A DNA stretch of 64,000 nucleotides from a virus: IMG/VR virus record IMGVR_UViG_3300050119_000072, positions 1 through 64,000 of that record. The stretch is one strand, 5' to 3'. The translations under genes were made by a program, and so were the position numbers. Positions 37,652-47,500 of the stretch are shown in pieces; the first letter of the stretch is position 1; the number at the start of each line of letters is the position of its first letter. The notes under the pieces are model-generated. The model saw nothing but the letters and a program-made list of their open reading frames with translations, searched no databases and was not told the DNA's origin.

Positions 37652-39072
37652 GCGAGTTAGCCGAACGCCTCTTTGAGCAGGCTTTGACCGCCATCCGCGG
37701 GCGCGCCACCGATCACGCCAAGGCGCTTCTGGTCGAGGTGATTAAGCTCAAGCCGGAAATGTACGAGGCCTGGTTGCTTCGCGGCAATCTGCTTCACTCG
37801 ACCGAGCAGCCGTTCGAGGCGCTTTTACATTACGACCGCGCCATATCGATCAACGGCAAGCGCCACGATGCCTGGAACAATCGCGGGCTGGCGTTTGGCG
37901 ATATCGGCATGTTTGCCGCTGCCGAAGATTGCTTCCGCAAGTCGCTTGCGATTGCGCCGTCGGTCGAGCCCCACATGGGCTTGGCCAATATGTTCTGCAC
38001 GCTCATGCGGCTTGAGGACGCGGCTACCGAATATCGGGCCGCAATCTCCATCGAGCGAAACCCGGAAGCCAGTTTCAATCTGGGTGTCACGTTGCTTGGC
38101 CTTGGCCAATGGGACGAGGGCTTTGGCGAATACGAACAGCGCTGGCTCAATACGCCGATGCCGCCGCGGGCCTATCGGGATTATCCGAAATGGACTGGCG
38201 AGGATTTGACCGGCAAGCGCATTGTGCTTTACCCGGAGCAAGGGTACGGCGACGAGATCATGGCGCTGCGGTTTGCAGGTCTGCTTACACAGCGCTACCC
38301 CATCGCGGAAATCGTCGTTCAGGCGCGCGGGCCGATGCTGCGGCTGGTCAAAGGCAACAGTGCGTTTATCGAGTACGTGGTGCCGATGCACGCCGACGAA
38401 CAGCCGGCAGCCGATTTTTCGTGCCCGCTGCTCGATGTTCCGATGGTGCTGGGCCTCACGCCCAAAGACGCTCCATTCATGGGGCAGTGGACGAAATATC
38501 TGCGAGCGCCGGATCAGCGCATGGTGGACACCTGGCGCAAGCGGCTCAAAGCCAATTTGCCGCCGGGCCTCAATGTCGGGCTGTGCTGGTCGTCCGGTTC
38601 GCACATGAACACCGCCAAGGCTTCGGCCTTGATGAAATCCATTCCACTACCCCGGTTAAAAGGTCTCGCGTTGCCGGGTGTAAATCTAATCTCGCTGCAA
38701 AAGCCTGCCGAGACTATTCCTAACGGGTTTCCGATCACGGCAGATTGGATCGATGATTGCCACGACTTTGCGGATACTGCGGCGCTAATCGAAGCGCTCG
38801 ATCTGGTGATATCGGTCGATACCTCCGTCGCGCACCTGGCCGGGGCGCTGGGCAAGCCGGTCTGGAATTTCGTGCGCTTTAGCGGCTACTGGCCGTGGCT
38901 GGCGCCAAGCCTATTGCCAAATCCACATAATGCGATCTGGTATCCGTCAATGCGGCTTTTACGCCAACCGGGCCTGAGTAATTGGGTCGGACCGATCGAG
39001 ACCGCGACCGCTTGGCTCAGGTCGGAAGTCGAGGCGTGGAAGCAACGCCCAGAGAGCAAAGCCTCCGCATGA
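37648..39072 (+). CDS. Second TPR-repeat glycosyltransferase (GT9-like)
   Basis: TPRs (AWNNRGLA), WTGEDL.GK.I....EQGYGDEI, VGLCWSSG, DFADTAALIEALDLVISVDTSVAHLAGALGKP. Confidence 0.92.
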   Translation: MSELAERLFEQALTAIRGRATDHAKALLVEVIKLKPEMYEAWLLRGNLLHSTEQPFEALLHYDRAISINGKRHDAWNNRGLAFGDIGMFAAAEDCFRKSLAIAPSVEPHMGLANMFCTLMRLEDAATEYRAAISIERNPEASFNLGVTLLGLGQWDEGFGEYEQRWLNTPMPPRAYRDYPKWTGEDLTGKRIVLYPEQGYGDEIMALRFAGLLTQRYPIAEIVVQARGPMLRLVKGNSAFIEYVVPMHADEQPAADFSCPLLDVPMVLGLTPKDAPFMGQWTKYLRAPDQRMVDTWRKRLKANLPPGLNVGLCWSSGSHMNTAKASALMKSIPLPRLKGLALPGVNLISLQKPAETIPNGFPITADWIDDCHDFADTAALIEALDLVISVDTSVAHLAGALGKPVWNFVRFSGYWPWLAPSLLPNPHNAIWYPSMRLLRQPGLSNWVGPIETATAWLRSEVEAWKQRPESKASA

Positions 39073-39437
39073 AAACCATGGTCATCACCATTGCCGATCC
39101 GGCCGACGGCGATCTGGTCATCGTGAACGCGGAAGCGCCGCGCGGCGGCAAAACCAGTGTTAAACACCGCGTCATTGGCGCTCGCCAGCGGCCAGTGCTC
39201 GACGAGCATGGCTTTGCTACGTCCGTCGAGGACGTGCCGGCACAGACCGCGCGCGATATAGCCGTAATCATGGCCGAACTGCTCACCGGCGGCTGGTTGC
39301 CGGGGCAGATGGAAGCCAAGCCAAAAGGTGACAACGGCGCACTTGTCGTCCATTGCACACAGGATTTTAGCGACCTCAAATTCTCGACTGAGGTGCACGG
39401 CGACGGCGGGACGAAAGCAACCTTGGAAGAATTCTGA
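39069..39437 (+). CDS. Hypothetical protein
   Basis: ATGA overlap. Confidence 0.6.
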   Translation: MKTMVITIADPADGDLVIVNAEAPRGGKTSVKHRVIGARQRPVLDEHGFATSVEDVPAQTARDIAVIMAELLTGGWLPGQMEAKPKGDNGALVVHCTQDFSDLKFSTEVHGDGGTKATLEEF

Positions 39438-39736
39438 TGCTGCGCGAAGGCGGCTACATCGTCACGACCGATCCAGACCCTACCAAGAGCAAGGGGCAAA
39501 AGGCGGTCGTGGAAATGTCAACCGTTACCTGCGGCCACAACGGCGAACTGGTCGCGGTGCCGGCGATGTGCAAGCCGGAAAATATGCCATACGAGCTTTG
39601 CTGGGGCTGCCGGCGGTTTATCTGTCGCCGCTGCGCCGCCGAAATGCACCGCACACTTAAGTGCGAAGTTATAGAGACCAAGCTTGAGCGCGAGGAAGAG
39701 CGGGCGCGGTTTGGGCGTAGTCTGGTGGGAGGATGA
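39437..39736 (+). CDS. Zinc-finger protein
   Basis: TCGH...CWGC...IC..C......C. Confidence 0.7.
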   Translation: MLREGGYIVTTDPDPTKSKGQKAVVEMSTVTCGHNGELVAVPAMCKPENMPYELCWGCRRFICRRCAAEMHRTLKCEVIETKLEREEERARFGRSLVGG

Positions 39737-40032
39737 CCAAGATGAGCGCAGCAAGACGACAGCGTAAGGGCGTTCCTCAACCGGCTCCCGCAGGTCCGCA
39801 AGCGCCACCGGAACGCCGTGTCCCGGCGGTCAACTGCGCTGGCTGCAAGTTCGTCGATGCACTCAATGTGCAGCAACCATTCTGCCGCCGCTTTCCGGCC
39901 CAGCTTGTTGTCGTACCCCGCGTCAACGACGCCGACACCGGCGTGCGCAAGTTCTTTCCTATCGTCGATCTGATCTACGATTGGTGCGGCGAGCACGTGC
40001 CACAATCAACGCCGGATAAAACCGTCGGCTAG
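39733..40032 (+). CDS. Small Cys-rich protein
   Basis: CAGCKF...CRRFP...FP.V....WCGEH. Confidence 0.75.
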   Translation: MTKMSAARRQRKGVPQPAPAGPQAPPERRVPAVNCAGCKFVDALNVQQPFCRRFPAQLVVVPRVNDADTGVRKFFPIVDLIYDWCGEHVPQSTPDKTVG

Positions 40033-40058
40033 TTTGTCGTTTCATTCCACTGCGATCT

Positions 40059-40087
40059 AAGGCGCCTTTACCGGCGCCTTTTTCTTT
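40059..40087 (+). terminator. Rho-independent terminator
   Basis: aaggcgcc-tttacc-ggcgcctt then tttcttt. Confidence 0.75.
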
Positions 40088-40102
40088 GGGCGGCCGCGAT
40101 CA

Positions 40103-41590
40103 ATGACAGTCATCTATCTCACCGTCGGCACAAAATGGGTCGCGCCGCAAAATTGGAGCAACACCGGCGCGACGATTGAGTTGATTGGCGGAGGCGGTGG
40201 TGGCGTCTCAGTTGCCGGCGGCGTCGGTGGCGGCGGTGGCGGCGGCCAATATGTAGTCACGACGACGCCAAATATCGTAGCCGGCACAACCTACTCTTAC
40301 GTGATCGGCCAAGGCGGCGCGGCCAACGCCAACGGCACAAATACAACCTTCACCGATGGCGGCGGGACTTACACCGCACACGCCGGTCAGACCGGATCAA
40401 CCATCACTGGCGGGGCAGGTGGCACCGGCGCAGGCGGTGGGACTGGCTCGAACGTCGGTGGCGCTGGCGGCAACGCATCGACGGATGCAGGCGGCGGCGG
40501 CGGCGCTGGTGGCGCGACCGGCGCAGGCACGGCGGGCGCAGCCGGCACAATCGGCGGCGATGGTGCTGGTGGTTCGGGCGACGCTGGCGCAGGCGGCGCT
40601 GGCGGTACGGCGGCAGGCGGCGTTGGCGGCGCAGGCTCCGAATGGACCGCGACAGGATTAAACGGCGGCGCGGCAGGCTCCGGCGGCGGCGGCGGCGGCA
40701 AGCAAGCTGGGACCGGCGGCGCCGGCGGATTGTATGGGGCGGGCGGCGGCGGCGGCGCGACGGGTGGTGCGGGCAAAAACGGCATCATCGTCATCACCTA
40801 TACGCCGACATCGCAGCCAACGATTTACATTTTCAAAGACCTCACGGTCACGAATTTTTCGACGCCATCCGATTGCATAGTCGCAAATTATCTTGTCGTC
40901 GCTGGCGGCGGCGGGGCCGGCTATTCGCAGGCCGGCGGCGGCGGCGGCGGCCAAGTATTGACCGGCGGCCAAACTCCGGTCGCCGGCGCGAATTACGCAC
41001 TATCAATTGGCGCCGGCGGCACGGCTGGTACAGGCGCCGGCGTCGCAACGAATGGTTCCAACTCTGTCTTTACTGGGGTTTCCACTGTCACGGCGACGGG
41101 CGGCTTAAAATCTGGCGATAACGGCGCTAACAACGGCGCTAATTCAGGCTCGGGAAATGCCGGCGGCACCGGCGGCGGCGGTGGTGGCGGCGGCGGTGGT
41201 GGCGGTGGCAACGGCGGAGTCGGCTCAAATAATTCCGGTAATAACGGCGGCAATGGCGGCATCGGTACATCGAGCACCATATCGGGAGCCTCGGTTGGTT
41301 ACGGCGGCGGTGGTGGCGGCGGCGGCCATGCGGGAGGGAGCGGCGGCACTGCGACCTCTGGCGGTGGCAATGCTGGTCAAACGCCGGATTCGCCAGGGCT
41401 CAACGGCACTGCAAATACTGGCGGCGGTGGTGGCGGCGGCAGCAATAGCGCGGCAGCCCAAGCCGGCGGTGGCGGCGGTTCGGGCATCATCATTATCAGT
41501 TACTCGACCACGCCATCGCATGTGCCATACGATCAAAGCGCAGACGCCCTCATTCGTGAAATGAACCGCTCGCAGATGGTGGCATACTAA
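40103..41590 (+). CDS. Glycine-rich fibre-like protein with two tandem Gly-rich domains
   Basis: IELIGGGGGG...GKNGIIVITY and YLVVAGGGG...GSGIIIISY; GTANTGGGGGG. Confidence 0.85.
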   Translation: MTVIYLTVGTKWVAPQNWSNTGATIELIGGGGGGVSVAGGVGGGGGGGQYVVTTTPNIVAGTTYSYVIGQGGAANANGTNTTFTDGGGTYTAHAGQTGSTITGGAGGTGAGGGTGSNVGGAGGNASTDAGGGGGAGGATGAGTAGAAGTIGGDGAGGSGDAGAGGAGGTAAGGVGGAGSEWTATGLNGGAAGSGGGGGGKQAGTGGAGGLYGAGGGGGATGGAGKNGIIVITYTPTSQPTIYIFKDLTVTNFSTPSDCIVANYLVVAGGGGAGYSQAGGGGGGQVLTGGQTPVAGANYALSIGAGGTAGTGAGVATNGSNSVFTGVSTVTATGGLKSGDNGANNGANSGSGNAGGTGGGGGGGGGGGGGNGGVGSNNSGNNGGNGGIGTSSTISGASVGYGGGGGGGGHAGGSGGTATSGGGNAGQTPDSPGLNGTANTGGGGGGGSNSAAAQAGGGGGSGIIIISYSTTPSHVPYDQSADALIREMNRSQMVAY

Positions 41591-42654
41591 TGTCACGCAA
41601 AATTTTATACCCGGCGATTGCGCTCATAGCAGCGCAAAGCGCTGGCATGGGGCCGAACGACATTGTCGGCGGCTTTCACCCGGAATCGCCAGTCGTTTTT
41701 GTGCGGCCGTTCAACGCGGCATTGCAGCAGCACACCACGCAAGTGCTGCGGCCGATTCCCAATCAGTTAAGCGTTGAAGGCGTCTACGCGCAGCCGCCTG
41801 ATGTTTTTGCCAAGCCATTTCCGGCGAGCGAACAGCAATTCTCGGCGCATGATCCACGCGCCGTACCAGACCAATTAAATGTTGAGGGCGTCTATTTTCA
41901 GTCGCCGGACGTTTTCGCAAAACCGTTCCCGGCGCACGAACAACAGTTCAACAGTTTCCAGCCGCAAGGGTTTGTCAAATCGACGTTCCCCGATGGCTGG
42001 CGCAGTTACCAGTGGGAATATCGGTTTGCCAAGCCGTTCCCCGTCGCTGAACAGCAATTCTCGACCTATTTCAAATTCCCGCCTGGCGTTGTCCCGCAGG
42101 GCTGGTATCCGCACGAACCGGAAGTATTTGCCAAACCGTTCCCGGTCACCGAGCAAAGCTTCCAGCCGGTCCGGGAACCGGTGCCACCACCGCCTCCTGG
42201 CTTTGGCTGGTGGGGTTATCAGTTCAATTATGCTTTCACCAAGCCGTTTAACGCGGCATTGCAGCAATTTCAGGCGTGGGATTTGGTCGGCGCTGTTCCG
42301 CCGAACCTGCCGCCTGGCGCCGGCAAGCGCTACAAAAAGCCCACCGATTATCTCCCCGAGCCGCCTTGGGACGTTAAGCCCAATAAGCCGTTCCGTCCGG
42401 TCTGGGATAAACCCAAGGGCGGCGAGATCGAGCAGCCGGCCAAGGTCGCCACGCCAGCCGGACCGCCGCCGCTGCCGCCGGCGAGCATCTTCGGCCCACC
42501 GGGATATGCACAGCGGCCGGCGCTCAATCTGCCGAATTTTAACAATTATGCGCCACAAGACCCGCACGGACTCGCGCAGCGCATGAACGACGCGCAGGAC
42601 TTGAGCGATGCCGTCGCCGTGCTCAAGGCATTAGGGCTGATATCGCAAGGGTAG
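41590..42654 (+). CDS. Pro/Phe/Gln-rich repeat protein
   Basis: Six copies of F-x-(K/R)-P-F-x4-Q-(Q/S)-(F/H); TAATG coupling. Confidence 0.8.
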   Translation: MSRKILYPAIALIAAQSAGMGPNDIVGGFHPESPVVFVRPFNAALQQHTTQVLRPIPNQLSVEGVYAQPPDVFAKPFPASEQQFSAHDPRAVPDQLNVEGVYFQSPDVFAKPFPAHEQQFNSFQPQGFVKSTFPDGWRSYQWEYRFAKPFPVAEQQFSTYFKFPPGVVPQGWYPHEPEVFAKPFPVTEQSFQPVREPVPPPPPGFGWWGYQFNYAFTKPFNAALQQFQAWDLVGAVPPNLPPGAGKRYKKPTDYLPEPPWDVKPNKPFRPVWDKPKGGEIEQPAKVATPAGPPPLPPASIFGPPGYAQRPALNLPNFNNYAPQDPHGLAQRMNDAQDLSDAVAVLKALGLISQG

Positions 42655-42657
42655 CGT

Positions 42658-43062
42658 ATGGCGGAAGACCCGGTCCAGCGGCTTGCAAAACTGCGGATCA
42701 TCAAGGCCAGCGCCGACCTCGACGTCCAATTCTCGGTCAAGCGCGCCGATCGCCCCTCGATCGAGATATTGCGCTTGCTGCGCGATGCCGCGGCAACATC
42801 ACTCGCCGCAATGGTCTTCCTCAACCTCGACGACCCGGCAGACCTTATCAAATGCAAGGTCATGCAGAATGAGGTCAAGCGCTACGACGAGTGGGTCGGC
42901 TGGCTGCGCCAGATCGTAAATGAAGGGCGCGAACTCGACCGCCAAATGAGCGACGACGAGCGCAACGAAATGCTCGATATCCTCATGTCGACCGGCGAAG
43001 GCCAGGAAGAAGCGATCGCGCTCGGCCTGGTCGACCCCAATAAGCGCGGCGCCGAAGAATAA
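42658..43062 (+). CDS. Conserved head-module protein upstream of scaffold
   Basis: Helical 134 aa, QNEV.RY.....WL..IV..G. Confidence 0.7.
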   Translation: MAEDPVQRLAKLRIIKASADLDVQFSVKRADRPSIEILRLLRDAAATSLAAMVFLNLDDPADLIKCKVMQNEVKRYDEWVGWLRQIVNEGRELDRQMSDDERNEMLDILMSTGEGQEEAIALGLVDPNKRGAEE

Positions 43063-43091
43063 GGCCGCCGGCTATCAAGCACTGATTTCGC

Positions 43092-43118
43092 AAGAGGCGC
43101 CACCCGGCGCCTTTTTGC
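43092..43118 (+). terminator. Terminator-like hairpin
   Basis: aggcgcc-accc-ggcgcct then tttt. Confidence 0.6.
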
Positions 43119-43140
43119 ATTTGAGGGAGCCAAGACCCGT

Positions 43141-44466
43141 ATGCCTGCACCGGACAAGCAGACCCAAGAGAGAGAATCGGCGGACCGCGCCAAAGCGGGC
43201 GTAGTCCCCGGGGAGGGCGGCGAAGCCCTCAATGCCATCGACGACGGCGCGCCAGGCGCCGATCCCGCACCGGCAGCCCGGCAAGCGCCGGCAGCCGAAC
43301 CCGCACCGAAGCCTGCGCCCGTCCCGCGCAGTCGGCAGGACGACGCGCGCAACGCCATCACGGCGCGCTTCCGCACCGATCGCGGGCAGGAAGCCGCAGA
43401 CAACGCCGACGATGTGAGCGAATTCACCCGCAGCGGCATGCCTCCGGAATTCGCGGAGAACAACGCGGCTGTCGCCGAACCGCCGCCGCAAGAACCCGAG
43501 CCGGCCGCGCCAGAGCCCACTGCCGCTGAGCCCGTCGCACTGCCCAAGACCGTGAAGGTCAAGGTGCGCGGCCAGGAGCAGGAACTCCCGCTCGAAACCG
43601 TTATTGCCGAAGCGCAAAAGGCGCTCGCCGGCGAAAGCTATCTCAGCGAAGGCCGAAAAGCGCTCGAAGAGATCGAGCGCCGCCTTCGCGCGACCCCAGA
43701 TCCGGCTGTACGTGGCCAGACGCAGCAACACCCCGCTGCGACGAACGACGTGCAGCCTACTGCCCCGGCTCCCGCCGATGGCGTCGATCCTCAGCACCCC
43801 GAGGACCTGATCCAGAAGCTTATGGAGACGATGCAATTTGGCGACCCCGCCGAAGCCCGCAACCTGCTCGAAAACACCCTTTCGGGAATGGTCGCAGCCA
43901 AAGTGGCGCCCGCCGTCAACGCGGCACTGCAATCCGATCGCCTTAAAGACGAAGGCGCCAAGACCGCAGCCGTCCTCGCTGACTTTGAGACCAAGCACGC
44001 CGACATTGCAGCCGATCCACGCGCTCGCGCGGTGATCGAGCAAGATGTCATCGGCCAACAGGTCGATGATCTCCGCAAGCTCGGCGTCGACCCCGCCAAG
44101 ATCAGGCCAGACGGATTGTCCCCGACACCAGGGGACATTGCCGAGGCCCACAAATGGTATCGCTCGCAAGGGCACAAGCTGACCACTCCGGCAGACATGC
44201 TCGAGACCGGCTTGAAAAATTACCTCGATTGGCGCGGGCCGAAAACGAACACGCCACCGGCCAACCCGGCAACGCCGCCAACGCTCGACGTCACTGTCGA
44301 TCGCACGGTGCGCCGCCAGGCCATCCCACAACAGCCCGGACGAGCCGCAGTACCCCGTCAGGACCCTCAACGCAGCCAGCCCGCGCCAGCGCGGGACCGC
44401 TCGAGGATCGTCCAAGACGAGATCGCACGGCGCAACGCCCCACGGGGAAAAGTCGCCGTCAGCTAA
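43141..44466 (+). CDS. Capsid scaffolding protein
   Basis: Acidic/Pro-rich, VKVKVRGQEQE..L...I...QK motif, directly before capsid gene. Confidence 0.8.
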   Translation: MPAPDKQTQERESADRAKAGVVPGEGGEALNAIDDGAPGADPAPAARQAPAAEPAPKPAPVPRSRQDDARNAITARFRTDRGQEAADNADDVSEFTRSGMPPEFAENNAAVAEPPPQEPEPAAPEPTAAEPVALPKTVKVKVRGQEQELPLETVIAEAQKALAGESYLSEGRKALEEIERRLRATPDPAVRGQTQQHPAATNDVQPTAPAPADGVDPQHPEDLIQKLMETMQFGDPAEARNLLENTLSGMVAAKVAPAVNAALQSDRLKDEGAKTAAVLADFETKHADIAADPRARAVIEQDVIGQQVDDLRKLGVDPAKIRPDGLSPTPGDIAEAHKWYRSQGHKLTTPADMLETGLKNYLDWRGPKTNTPPANPATPPTLDVTVDRTVRRQAIPQQPGRAAVPRQDPQRSQPAPARDRSRIVQDEIARRNAPRGKVAVS

Positions 44467-44502
44467 AGCCGACGGGCTAAGTCACGAAAGGAAACTGCCA
44501 CC

Positions 44503-47500
44503 ATGGCAGGGCAACTCTGGGTTAATGCCCCCATCTGATCGCAAGATCAGAATGTGCACCGGATGAATTGCTGGGATAGCCTTAGAGCCTTGATCGCTAC
44601 AGCGTGGCCCGCAAGGGCGAGCGCGAACGCGAAAAAGATCAAGGATTGGCCAATCAGCAGCCAAGCGCCATAGGAATATGGCGAAGGTTCAACGACTAGG
44701 TAAAGTAATCCAGACCGGATGAAATGCCCAAGAGCCTCCGGGACTTCACTGCCAATAATTGAGGTATACGCGGCGCTTTCTGCGAAGAGAGATAGTAGCG
44801 TCGCGGTAAATCCAGTGCAGCACCTTCGCGCTGCCACCATATCCTGACAACCTCCAGCATTCTTTTGCTCTGGCCTTCGTAAGGCTTATGCCAGTGTGAG
44901 TGTGGATGGCGTTCGCAACACCATCAATAAAAGCGGACGTACCAAGAAAATAGAACGCCTTTTTCGGCAACGCGCGAATGTGCCCGTCGCCGTCTAAAGA
45001 ACCTCTCAGAAAATGTCGTTCTAAATGCCATGGAATGTTGGGATATCGAAGCGTCACCGACTTACCGGGAACGATGCCGTGTTTCGCTAGATCAGCTACG
45101 AGCTTCTTGCTGTCGAATGTAATCTGTTTTCGCGGGCCTGATCCTGGAAAACCACCAGGGGCCTTATCGAAAACACGAGCATCCGATTGCATCGCTCGCC
45201 GCAGATCATAAAGAATGTGTTTGTCTCGCACCTGTAGGGCAATACTGACTTGCTTTCCAGACCGAGAGACAGACCCATCGGCTGAAAGAAGGCCAAGGGC
45301 GTAAGCCTTTTGCTCGGTGTTAATTACCGCAAAAAAGTCGTGATCGAGGGCGTACCGATTGACCCTCGGCTTCGTTGGAATGCCGTAATGCCGTCTCCAA
45401 TCGCCAACTGATCGGCCAGTAACGCCGAACATCTTGCCGATTTGCTCATCGTGCTTGGTCTCGTAAAGCGCCATGAGCTTTGTTTTGGATACGCGCATTC
45501 GTGGTAACCTCCGGTACATACGTGTATCGTACCAGCAGAAGAAGTCAAGATATAGTCTGTGCTGCATGGAGACATGCAGGAGCGCTTCATAAACAGGAGC
45601 GCGCGAACATCAGCGATACCCGCCGAGGGTGGATATATGTACAGCGACGAGCTGTCCGATGTCCTCCGTCAGCAGGTTCAGCCCCTGACCAAGATGAGGC
45701 AACTTTGCGATGCCGAGGACGGCACCAAAAAGGGTCTCAATCGCGGTGATAAATACAACTGGGACGTCTATTCCAACGTCGGTACGCAAGGCCGGCGCTT
45801 GGACGAAAGCGCACCGATCCCGGAGACGGGCTTCACCATCATCCAACATCAGTTGACTGTCTACGAAGCCGGCAATTCGGTTCTCTTAAACGGAGCCGCC
45901 TTGTCTCTTGCTGCCTAGCTTCTTGATGTAGAGCCTCACTTTTGGACCGTATGTCTCGGTCTTTTTGTGGCACTCAAAACATAATGTGCGCGCGTTTGTT
46001 GGGTCTAGCGCCCGATCTAGCGCGACGCAGATTGGCTCGATGTGATCGACGTTAAGAACGATCCTTGAACCTCTGCCTTTATGATTGCGGTCCCCGCATT
46101 CTTGGCAAGTCCAACGGTCACGCTTCAATATCGATCTACGAAACTCCTTGTATGCGGCGGTATCGCGAACTCCGCCGTCACCACCGAGCCAGTTACCGTG
46201 GTCCGGACCAGATGCAATGCCGTTCGGGTATTGCGCCTTAGTCAGACCAGCATTCCAGGCCACTTGGCCTTTCTTCGATTGAAGCCACCGTTTGCGAAGC
46301 TTCGGATCATTCCGAAGTCTCTCGTTGACCTTGGACCAATCGTTGAACGGCTCATGCCCTGGTTGAAAGCCCATCCGTTCCAATGACGGGTGATCGGCCT
46401 TTGTCAGACCGTCGTTCCATGCCGGGATATTTCCGGTTTGGGTTTTACGGCAGTTTGGATGATGCCCGCGCTTGTAAATGGGGAATGTCGCTTTCCCATT
46501 TCGATCGCGATGGCGGTAGTTAAGACGCGCCTTAAAGCGCTCTTTGCAGCCGCATTGGCAGACCTTGGTTTGATAGACGGCTTTCGTTGGCATACGGTAC
46601 ATTATACAGGAAAGCAGAAACAGAAGGCAAGGAAAATCGCGTGAAACGGGGAAACTCTCTCTGAGACAATCCCGTAGGAAGCTACCGAGGGCCTTTGGTT
46701 CGGTAGAACCTCTAGAGACTAGGCTGTGAGTCCCAACAATAATCAGCCCACGAGCGCGCGACGCGAAAGCGAAAAGATAGTCCCATCAGCACGGCGACGT
46801 GTTGGAAGCCGCGGATAAAGAGCCGCAGCGAAGAAGAAATGTCCGTACACCGGCAAGCTAGTTGCGTTGGCGAAGCATCAAGTCGCCGCGATCATCGACA
46901 AGACGTTGAAGGACGACGCGCGCAAGTATTTTGACATCGAAGCGTATTTGCAGTTCAAGAACACTGCACTGCGCGCCGAACCGTCGAGCGGCACGTCCAC
47001 CACCGCGATCAACCTCGACACCACGGGCACTGCCTCGGTGACGAACAACGTCGCGTTGGGCACCGGTCACATCAAGGCGATCGTCGACACGATGAAAGAA
47101 CGCAACGTGCCGCCATTTACGGCGGACGATTACGTTGGCGTGTCGCACCCATCGACCTGGCGTAACCTCAAGAACTCGCTCGAGACCATTCACCAATACA
47201 CGGAGACTGGCCTCGCGCACATCTTCAACGGCGAGATTGGCCGTTACGAAAGCTGCCGCTTTGTCGAGCAGACCTTCATTCCGAAGGGCGGCGCGGCAAA
47301 TGCGACGAGCTACGATCCGTGGGGCGGCGTTGCGCAGCCCTGGACTAACGGGCTCAGCTCGTGGGCTTTCATCATGGGCGGCGACACGGTGACGGAAGCC
47401 GTATGCGTGCCCGAAGAAATCCGCGCGAAAATCCCTGGTGACTTCGGCCGCTCACGCGGCATCGCCTGGTATTACCTCGGCGGCTTTGGTCTGGTCCACA

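Larger units (their letters stand above)
45882..46841 (+). ncRNA. Group I intron 2 in capsid gene (960 nt)
   Basis: P1 CGGU/GCCG with U.G at 5' splice site; GTGAAACGGGGAAAC, ACAATCCCGTAG, CTCTAGAGACTA, AAGATAGTCC; ends in G; removal restores GNSVPYTGKL. Confidence 0.92.

Noticed and set aside
40190-41480. GGC microsatellite-like runs
   Set aside because: Explained by polyglycine coding
41690-42270. DNA repeats (tttgccaagccgttcc-like) as CRISPR array or DGR template
   Set aside because: Repeats are degenerate at synonymous positions within one ORF; no cas or reverse transcriptase; no adenine-specific variation seen
45559-45918. 119 aa ORF as a stand-alone gene, or capsid as a pseudogene
   Set aside because: It is exon 2 plus intron flanks; intron removal restores a full capsid frame
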